Assembly (NCBI RefSeq): GCF_016433145.1
Contig: NC_058132.1
Location: 466,087,952 to 466,151,951, forward strand
DNA: 64,000 bases
Source: Gracilinanus agilis
Lineage: Eukaryota
Reading direction: 5' to 3'
Under the pieces are notes generated by a model. The model did no database searches. It was not told the origin of the DNA and was given only the letters and a program-made list of their open reading frames with translations. Positions 12,933-22,300 of this stretch are shown here, piece after piece. Position 1 is the stretch's first letter. Every line of letters starts with the position of its first letter. Position numbers and translations under genes: made by a program.

Positions 12933-13127
12933 GGGGCAGCTGGGTACCTCAGTGGAGTGAGAGTCAGGCCTAGAGACAGGAGGTCCTAGGTTCAAACCCA
13001 GCCTCAGCTACTTCCCAGCTGTGTGACCCTGGGCAAGTCACTTGACCCCCATTGCCCACCCTTACCAATCTTCCACCTATGAGACAATACACCGAAGTAC
13101 AAGGGTTTAAAAAAAAAAAAAAAAGAA
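12933..13127 (+). mobile_element. SINE1_Mdo-type SINE inserted in the ERV
   Basis: ggggcagctggg head, A tail; 17-bp TSD agaaagt(c/t)tgtccttga at 12916-12932 and 13128-13144. Confidence 0.95.
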
Positions 13128-13380
13128 AGAAAGTTTGTCCTTGACCAGATGAAACTATACTGAGCTGGTTTCCTCATCTTTAGTTAGTTTGCTGTCCAGT
13201 GAATGCTGGACATTTTTCTTTTTTGCTTTTCATGTGTCTTTTATTACTTTCTTTTGTTGTGGTTTTAAGGAATGGATTTAAAAGCATTCAATTTATTTGT
13301 TTGTTACATTAAAATTTCCAAGTATTTCCCTCCCTCCGTCTCCTTTCTATACTAGAGATGGCAACATTTGACAAAAAGAT

Positions 13381-13479
13381 ATATTGCTAACTACTCTGAC
13401 TGCCATCAAAATTGGAGAAAAAGACTCTTGGATTCATTGCTCTCATGTAAAACGGGTTCCACCTACTGACACTGATTAA
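13381..13479 (+). pseudogene. pol: ERV integrase C-terminus
   Basis: Translates ILLTTLTAIKIGEKDSWIHCSHVKRVPPTDTD-stop, the gamma-type LLTTPTAVK...WIHxSHVK motif. Confidence 0.9.
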
Positions 13480-13585
13480 CTGAATCCTATCACTTTCCTT
13501 ATATATTATTGCCTATTTGTTTTTGGATTTGGCTTTGCTTTTATTCTTATCTTTTTATGATTAGGGATTTTATAGGTAAAGCTAA

Positions 13586-14151
13586 TTAAGTTTACTCTGT
13601 TTAAAAAAATGTTATCCTCATTTGGTATTTTCAGCATTAAACCATATTACATGTTCCTGTTTTCTTCCCTCTTTTGATGACTGGACTAATGATAGTGCTA
13701 TTATTAAGGTCCATAGTCAAATAGGATATGCTCTACATCAGTGATTCCCAAAGTGGAGGCTACCCACCCTGGTGGGTGCTGCAGTGATCCAGGGGAGAGG
13801 TGATGGCCACAGGTGCATTTATCTTTCCTATTAATTGGTATTAAAATAAAAAAAAATTAATTTCTAAGAAATACTTTTTCTGGAAAGGGGGCAGTAGGCC
13901 AAAAAAGTTTGGGAACCACTTCTCTACAGCAAGACAAAGCCATTGGATGTACCAATGTTGGGTCTCTTAGTAGCTCCATCATAGCCCTGTTTTATCATGG
14001 GAATGAGACCTTGCCACAGAATTTCATTTTGTACTTCATGAGGGTCATACATTGCCAAACAAGCTTTTTGCCCCCTTTGCTTTTGTTATGTGTCACATTA
14101 ATAGTGACAGGCAGAGTCCATTTACCTGATCACAATTTCTATCATCTTTGA
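13586..14151 (+). pseudogene. env: env SU N-terminal-like frame after pol, split by a hAT MITE
   Basis: Position just after the pol stop; WTNDSAIIKVHSQIGYALQQD reads through once the MITE and one TSD copy are removed; env identity is an inference. Confidence 0.45.
13739..13921. mobile_element. hAT-Charlie-type MITE (183 bp)
   Basis: TIRs cagtgattcccaaa / tttgggaaccactt; 8-bp TSD ctctacat (13731-13738) / ctctacag (13922-13929). Confidence 0.9.
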
Positions 14152-14326
14152 GAGATTCACAGATTTTCAAATCTTGTTTAACAAGTCTTTTAAAGTAATT
14201 TTCAGATATATGGGAGCCGCATTCGCACTCACTAACGATTTACCCACTTTTGACTCCTTACTTGAGTAACTCACTTGCTACTTGAGACATAGCTATATGG
14301 GTGGGTGATAATGTTCCATTCCCTAC

Positions 14327-14645
14327 TGTGTTGCCTGGAATTCGGCGAGGTCCCATTTAACTTCCTGTGGACATATGGGGGACTTTGAAACTACATTTCC
14401 CGTGATCCAAAGGATTTCTGGTTTCTGACGTTATCACGTCAGACAACGGGAACCAATGTAGAGCACAGCTTAAATTTGGAAGTCAGGCTTGAGACCATCT
14501 CTTTGGCTACGTAGACAATATGGGGGCTGGTGGTAATTCGAATTTTTACAGGTACATGATCTAATTTATTTTACCATCATGGCTTTAATTAAAATAATAT
14601 TTTCCCTCAATATCAGCCTTTATCATTTGTAATCCTTACATTTAT
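14327..14645 (+). promoter_or_regulatory. Promoter-like/splice-acceptor/signal-peptide module, copy A
   Basis: ETS-like acttcctg 14360; aaactacatttccc 14388-14401; near-palindrome ctgacgttatcacgtcag 14425-14442; CCAAT 14453; tttttacAG 14551; ATG 14579. Confidence 0.6.
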
Positions 14646-17490
14646 GGCATCCACCAGAAGTTTGGATTTCGGACTCTCAATTTTTCAGAAAGCCTACCAA
14701 GAGCATTTAGAATCCTCTCCAAAGCTATAGGCATGCTTTCTTTTTGGCTATCTTGCTCAGCTCTTTTGAGCAATTTTTTAAAAAGGGAAAGTGACTTTGC
14801 TCACCATATTTTCGCTAAAAGCAACAGCGTGTTTTTGCCTGCCCTCGGACAATGCCAGCCAGCTGAGCCTGATCCACCTTGGGGGGTCAGAGCAGTCACT
14901 TCTGGCTTCTGACCGTAACCCAAAATGCCGGTGCCCTGCCAGTGCCTCCGCCACTTCTCCTGATCTCTGCCGAGTCCCAAGCCCACCAGTACAGACTGCT
15001 GGCCTCTGTTCCTGCAAGCCCAAGCTCTCTTGGTACTGAATTTTAACCTGAAAAGACGTTTTTACCCCAAATATCATCCTCCACATGGCACCCCCCCCTC
15101 CACGTGTTTCTTCTACATCCTGACCTAGACCCCCGCCCATAATCTCTCCACTGGGTTTTCCTAAAAACTGACCTAAGCTTTTTTTTCCAGGCCCTACCCC
15201 ACGCTTCCATGTGGGCACTAGAGTTTACTCTTCATTGGGCTGCATGGCCTATTTCAAACTTTCTTGTGATTATTAAACTGAAACTCAGGGGAAGAAATTC
15301 ACCCCTATACCTGATCAGATCTTTGAACTTTAAAACCCCTTAAGCTCAGAGCAGAGCTAAATTAGAAGAACCTTAAATTAAACCAGGGGTGGACTTTTAA
15401 ACCTCAGAACTGAATGGGTTTTATTTAAGGTTTCATTTTTTACTGTATAAAAACAATGCTGTTCTATCTTGATAATTATGTACAACCTTGGAGATTTTGA
15501 TGCCTTGAGATTTAAATTGTAATTTATAATAGGTTTTAAATTTTACTTTAGATCCTAGTCCCTTCTGTATAAATGATAAGATTTTATATTTTTTTATTAT
15601 AAAGAATTGTTATCTTAAGTGGGTAGAAGAAACATGAAAATTTCCTACCTGGGATTTTTTTTTAACAGGAAGACAAGAGAGCTCCTGTATACTTGTGTTA
15701 GTCTATATGTCTTAGCCTGCTTTTCTATCAGAAGGATCTAGAATTCCTGAGGATATTTTAGACCCAGAAGGTTTTTTTAATATCAGATTTCTTTAGGCTC
15801 TGCCCCATAATTACTATGGAGGCAGTAACAGAGTTTATTGAGAAAATATCTTAGCCAAGGTTTGAATTTATAACAAGTATGTGATTTTTAAAAAAATCAC
15901 AGCAAGTGATTATAATAATGGATTGTTTATTATTATTTTTAAATGTGTTATTAGAAATTATGGAATTCTATTTGAATGTATATTGTGAATTTGCTATTTT
16001 TGTAAAACCCATTTACACTCACAGCTCATGCAAAGGCTTAACAGGAGATGAATCTCAGTTTTGGGTGAAAAAACCCTTCACTAGTTCTAAGCTATTTATT
16101 TTTTGACATTTTATTTTTTTTTCCTTACATGTGCAATGCAATATTTGTTCTTTTCCCATTTTTTTAATCCTTGAAAGCACTGTTTCCTTATTGATTTTCC
16201 TTTAAAATTTTTTTAATTAGAGCAATTTTCCTTTTTTTCTTATTTTGTGTTAATCCTTTTTTGATTTTACAGTGATATAAACTGAATGCAAATATATATA
16301 TTTGCTATATTATTAATGCATACCTGAAAAGCCTGAGACTATGGTAACCTACCAATTATTGGTAAATATTATGGGACTGTGATTTAATGTCTCTCTGTCT
16401 GATTCCAGGAGAAGTGCTAAAAGAGCCAAGAGGTCATGGAGACTGACTGAGAATCTGCAAAGTGCTCAGGCAAAAGGCCATGCAGATCATGGATTGCAGA
16501 AGTTCTATGCCAATACTGAAGGGTTTGAAAAACTGGGGTTTGAGTTTTGGAGTCAGCTTTTCTAACGCTTAGAGGCTCAGTCCTCCTCAACTTAAATTCC
16601 TAGTGAAGCACCCAAGATTGGCTATTACTGGCTCATTCCCTGAGAATGTACAGGAAAAATCAGACCAAAGAAAGACATTCCCCTTATTTCTCTTATATAG
16701 AGAGAGAATGGCAATTTTCTGTAGTCCTGGCTCTGAATGGGTATTTGCAAACTGCTTAAATCACTTTAATTGGACCTTGATTCAAGGGCCTGTTATAAGT
16801 TTATTTTCCTTACATTTTTTGCACATTTTACATTTCATTCGCAAGTTAATTTTTCCCCCTTTTATCTGAATTTTATTCTTTTTATTTTATTTTTTATTAT
16901 TTCTTTTGCCAATTGATTTCATACAACCCCCGTGACTCAGCCATGCATCCTTAGCTGAGAAATGTGTTATTTAGAATTTTTCTCAGGGGGATGTGTGTTA
17001 AGTTTTTAAAAATAGATAATGTAAAAAATATATATATATAAAACTCTTTTAGGAGTAATTTCAGGGGGAAATGTATAATTCTTAGAAGGAAATGTATGTT
17101 TTATAATCTATAATGTAAAGTTTAAATTCTTTTGAGAGTAATCTCAGGATAAGGATTTTGCCATCTCCTTAGAATCCAGACAACGAGCCTGTTTGGTGGA
17201 GGCACCATGAAGATGCCTGAAGAGCCTTCACTGGACCATGAAAATCAAAATTGAACTTTGGGGTGCAGTTGATTTGAACTATGAGGAGTTGAATGAGTTA
17301 AATGCATTTGTTTTGAATGTGCACTCTTATGCCAATAGGGGAGTGCCCCAAACTGGCTTTTGGTCAATGCGGCTAGTTTCATCCTTTTCTTTTATCCCCA
17401 AATTCCTGCAATTTAGAAGTTGACTATGTTTACAGACCCAGCAAAGAAAAAGGACCAATCCTTTTTTTTTTGCCGGATCTCCGGGGGACA

Positions 17491-17819
17491 TGTGTTGCTT
17501 GGAATTCAGGGAGGTCCCATTTAACTTCCTGTGGAAATATGGGGGACTTTGAAACTACATTTCCCGTGATCCAATGGGTTTCCTTTTTCTGATGTGATGA
17601 TGTCAGACAATGAGAACCAACACAGAGCGCAGCTTAAATTCGGAAATCGGGCTTGAGACAAACTCTTTGGCTATGTTGACAAGATGGGGACTGGCGGTAA
17701 TTCGAATTTTTACAGGCGCGTGATCTAATTTATTTTACCATCATGGCTTCAATTAAACTATTTTCCCTCATAATATCAGCCTTTATCATTTTTAATCCTT
17801 ACACTACTACAACATTTAT
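17491..17819 (+). promoter_or_regulatory. Same module, copy B, starting at TG directly after a PPT-like gggggaca
   Basis: Colinear with copy A (about 85-90% identity by manual count, many CpG transitions); AG 17715; ATG 17743. Confidence 0.6.
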
Positions 17820-18660
17820 CTGTGCTAAGATAAAACTCAGTAGCATAAGGAATAGGTTACATAAATACACAGCCTTTGCAACTGTTATTGCTTCATCACA
17901 GTTGAAGACACAGTTCCCTTGGAGTTTGATGGCCCCTGGGCAAATTTACATTTGTAACTCATCAGCTTACTCTTCCCTTCCTCAAGGGATGGTATGGGAC
18001 CTGTGATTTGGTCTACGAAACCCAATTGTGTCTGTGCATGGCCATTTTATTGGCTGGGTATTAAAGTCCACAGCTAGGAATATGGACACTTAGTAGTTTA
18101 CAAAGGGAAAGGCATGTAGCTATTGCCTTTGCAGAGATTTTTCTGGGCTGTTTTAACCACTTTTAGAATGATGGCAGCAATAGATTCTATTAGAAATACC
18201 TCTTCTGAGGTTGAGAAATTGGCTCAGGATACAGTTCAAATTATCTTCTGAACTTCTAAAACTATCTCCTTCCTCCAGGAGGAAATTGATTCATTGGCAA
18301 TGAAAGTCATACAAAATGGGCTAGCCTTTAATATGCTTACAACTGCTTCTGGGGGTGCCTATGCTTGTATTAATCAATTAATCAACAATCTTATTAATCA
18401 GTCTTCTTGTTCTTGCATAGATACAAGTGAAATGGTTACAAATATCCATGACCTTTGAAGAATTTTGAATGACATTCAGCATTCGCATTAGAGTCTCATG
18501 TGACATCTGATGGTGCATGTTAAAGCCTATCATGGCTGCAGGGCACAGATGTTAGCAGCAGTGGCCAAATGGGCCTTTTAATTCTAGTAATTTTTGCCCT
18601 TTTTAGACTTTGCCTTAATTGTCATATTAAATTATATTTCAAGTTTTTACCAAGGGAAAA
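17743..18660 (+). pseudogene. env: Gamma-type env with most of SU deleted: signal peptide, SU C-terminus, furin site, TM ectodomain and anchor
   Basis: MASIKLFSLIISAFIIF; APGQIYICNSSAYSSLPQG(W)YGTC; RERH at 18104; LQEEIDSLAMKVIQNGLAFNML (ISD-like) at 18273; QMGLLILVIFALFRLCLNC anchor; stops and frameshifts present. Confidence 0.85.
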
Positions 18661-19736
18661 ACATACATATTAAGAATCATAACTATTTATAGATATAATT
18701 GATTTAATTTTTAAGTAATCAATTTCTATTTTTTTAAATGCATATTTAACCTTTTTTAAACCAACAATGAAACCACCATTTAATGGGGGTTTGAGAACTG
18801 ATCTTTTTTTCTCTTTGTTTTGTTAGTTTTAAGTATGCTTTTTTAAACTTGAGTTTATGAAATTATATTGATAATTTGGCATTGAAGAATCAGTTTGCAA
18901 TGCCTAACAACCCTGACAACATTGCATACTCCAAAGCTTAGACTATTGAAACCTGCCATTGGTTATAAAACCTTATATGTAATTATATATAAATCTTCTA
19001 TATAATATATAATTAATGTTTGAGTCTGATTACAGGAAAATTGCACAGAGATTGCTAACAAGCTACTGAAGAGTAGCAGATGATCACAGATGTCAACAAC
19101 CCCTATAGGGGTGATCAATGTCAGTGCCAAAGTGAGGGACAAAGTGAGAGACAGCCAAAGCTGTCTCAGGGGAGAGTTAGAAAAGTGACTATTCAGCAAA
19201 GTTCTGAGGCAGACTTTTCTGACATCCTATAAGACATGAGAATAGCTTTATTTGGCACTGACTGCAACTTATGATCCCTATGACTCTTATATACAGTAGA
19301 AATTATACAGGGACCACTTTCCCCTTTTTATTAGATGTCTGTCCTCTTCTTTTTTTTTGGCGTGGCAACTTTCTTTAATCATGACAGATGATGGGTGGGT
19401 AAGTACAATATTGTTGCAACTGATCTACATACTTTTAGGATATAAACTACCTCCACTAGACCTTGAATGTATATCAGAGATTCTTTATAATGTGTGTATA
19501 TATATATATATATATGTATATGTATATATTTTTTTCTAATTTGGGAGAGAAGTATGTATCCTTAATGTATCCTTAAATTAGTAACCTGACTATACATACA
19601 TCCTTTACCAAGTTTATTGGTATTACAAATGAATATTCACCATGTTGGAATGTTATTTTATGTTACCATCAGGCTATTTATATGCTTTTATGTAGGATTA
19701 GGTCCTAGGTAGTGTCTCATTCTCCTGAGGGGGGAT

Positions 19737-20250
19737 TGTGAAGTTATCCTAAAGGCCCATAGACCATCTCATTAAAGCAATTTTAGGGAGAGATATTGTC
19801 AATAACTTGGATGAGGAAAGTAGATATTCTGGAGAAGATGCTGTAAGGACCATAATGATTTCAGATGGACTAAAAAGTTGACAGCAATAAAAGATGTCCC
19901 CAGAAATCATGAGATGCTGAGTGAGCCTGTGAATATAATAAACTGGACTGTGGTGGGTTGGGCCCTCCATCCACTTCTGTTCTTCCCACGTATTGTTATT
20001 TTATCTTGATTATAAAACCCTTGTGCCAAAAAAAAGAGAATGCCCCCCGGAAGTTTTCTTGTCAATATGACTATCAATCATTTTTTAATATTTTAAGAAG
20101 CACCCAAGTATAATGTATACTGTATGCTGTATAATATATAATATGTTTGGACCCTTATACGCCCTGGTAAGATAATCCTGAAATGTATAGATATTATATG
20201 GGATGATTCATTGGGGAGACCAGCATTTTAACCTCCCAAAGAGAGGTGAT
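19737..20250 (+). mobile_element. PPT-bounded module upstream of the 3' LTR (possible U3 extension)
   Basis: Begins TG after gaggggggat and ends in aaagagaggtgat; shares the cttrtgccaa...tgccccc...ttgtcaat and ttggggagac motifs with 17323-17376 and with 51394-50982 (minus). Confidence 0.6.
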
Positions 20251-20750
20251 TGTGTGAATTTAATATATATTTATACTCCTTTTTCCTTTCATAAAGGAAA
20301 GTTTTGAAAATCTATTTTTGGTTTCAGCCCCCCTCTTTGATTGGGCATGCATACTATGGGACAATGCCAGAAGCCTCCCTTGCATCCTTAAAGACACTTG
20401 CCTCTTGCCCCATGTAACTCTTGGTTTCCAGAAGACTGGCCTTGGACCCGGACCTAGGTCAAGTCTGTCCACCCAGAAGAAGTGGTGCCACTGGGGATAT
20501 AAGGTAAGGATAAGTTTGTACTCTCTTAGCTGGGAAGCAGTGGAAGTGAATGGAGATAGGAGGTGAGCAACAAACTCAGATTAGTTAGGCGACTGGCTGT
20601 ATGATTATATGCCTTTATTTTTTCCAATCTGCTTTCACTCTCTGATGAATATAAATTAAAATAGTCTCCAGGGAAGTTAAATCTAATATATAAAACTATG
20701 TCTTGCTTGTTTCTATTTATCAATTCTTTCTCTGGAGGTGGATATGCACA
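20251..20750 (+). mobile_element. ERV 3' LTR (core)
   Basis: TG start after PPT; TATAA 20498; ATTAAA 20655; ends ...atgcaCA; right boundary approximate. Confidence 0.65.
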
Positions 20751-20999
20751 AATTATCCTTCAAGTAATATTTCTGTTGCTGTATATAATGTTTTAGTTAC
20801 GTTAATTTCACTCTTCATAATTTCTAAAAAGGCTTTAACATTTATGTTCATCACCTGATCATGTTCCAATCCCCATAATATCTTGTCTCCAAATTTTAAA
20901 AAATGTTGTTTTCTACTATAACACATTAAGGCTTTTTTTGGAGTACAAAACCAAATAATGGCCAATAATTCCTAAGAGTGCAATAAGTAGAAGATTTGA

Positions 21000-22300
21000 G
21001 CATATACAAAAGGTGCCAAAAATAAATACTCAACATTCTAGGGAATAAAGATTACCAATGATTTGGGGGTTCATTTTCATTATATGTTGAATATATGACA
21101 AATTTCATGAATATCATTTGGTCTAACAAATAAGAATACTATGTCTTAAAAAGAAAATTGACCAAAGAAAGCAGGCATTAGGGAAATGTCAGTGCTTATA
21201 AGTATAAATGGAAATGAATCAAGAAGAGAAAAAAATACAAGGAAATGTGCAAAAATTGTAGCTCTTAAAAAAACATACTTCAGTGACTTGGGATTGTTGC
21301 TTTGACTCTTGGTTTGGAGAAAGCAAGCAATTCAAGGATCATTCAAACTCATGATAAAAGAGGAACAGTCTCCTGGAAGCACAAAGGAAAATGAAGCTGA
21401 AAATAGGACAAAAAAGCCAAGCAATAATAAATTATTGTTGCCAGCAGTCTGATTATTCCTCCTAAAACAAGCAAAGACTTTTACATGATATAGAATCTAG
21501 AGAAGTCATTGTGCATTTTTCTACAGTATGGCATAAGCTATTTGAAGTTGGAAAAATAAGATTACTACTACTCAGAAAAAAACACACAGCTACTATCAGT
21601 TGTTATGAAGGGGGAAAAATGCTTATCATGGGCAAAACAATACCAATACTGGAATATTGAAGATTAAGAAAAGGTAATTTGTACCAAAGAAGTTCTTTTT
21701 TTTTTCAATCTAATTCAAAGCTTTAAAAAAATTACTTTTTGTAAGAAGTACAAGTTAGCTTGTAAGATCTGGCCATCATATAGCAAAGGTTTTTCCTGTT
21801 TTGAATAGTTCTAGAATTCTTTCCTTCACCAGAAGAATGCAAAATCATTGATCTATTGAGGACAATTTTTTTTAATTACAGGAATTTCCCAATAGCAATA
21901 GACAAATGCAACATGATCCTATATCAACTTCACAAAAACTTATGGTATCTTTATGTCTTATATATATGTACATAACTTTATATCCAAAAATATAGGCAAA
22001 TATGCTTCAGTGATCTGTGTACTAGCTTAAACCCCACTGAAAAGCTATGGATTATAATAAGGCAAGATTTAGAGAAATGGATTGTTTGTCAAAGGAATGT
22101 TCAATAATCAATATTTATCCAATTTAATATTCAATATTAAGATTGGATTCTTCATAATGAAGAGTTAAAGAATACTATCAAAATCTTATGAACAATGTCA
22201 AATTATGTTAAACAAGTGGTTGCAGTAAAGGAAGAATACATTGTATATTCAAAGTTTTTCTAAGAGATAAAAACTTGACAGATTTCTTAGATTGAAAATT
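21000..22300 (+). mobile_element. Very old non-LTR retrotransposon RT relic (RTE/RTE-X-like)
   Basis: DIESREVIVHFSTVWHKLFEVGKIRLL (21487-21567) and RLRKGNLYQRSSFF/FNLI (21661-21714) resemble RT domains 3 and 4 in order; catalytic residues lost. Confidence 0.45.

Larger units (their letters stand above)
12480..20750 (+). mobile_element. Decayed gamma-type (ERV1-class) provirus remnant, 5'-truncated: pol end, env-like cassettes, PPTs, 3' LTR
   Basis: Integrase remnants, env signal peptide/furin/ISD/TM motifs, polypurine tracts followed by TG, terminal LTR with TATA and polyA signal; no 5' LTR seen in the window. Confidence 0.8.

Noticed and set aside
14778-15218. Longest ORF in the track (146 aa, minus strand)
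   Set aside because: Antisense of a C-rich ERV segment; Gly-rich composition artefact, no motif
16450-16500. Possible gag CCHC zinc knuckle
   Set aside because: Needs several frameshifts and lies 3' of pol, where gag is not expected
21760-21800. RSGHH resembling the mononegavirus L-protein GHP motif; nearby CFDSWF resembling piggyBac YFDNWF
   Set aside because: Isolated short matches without the other conserved motifs; a LINE RT explains the region better
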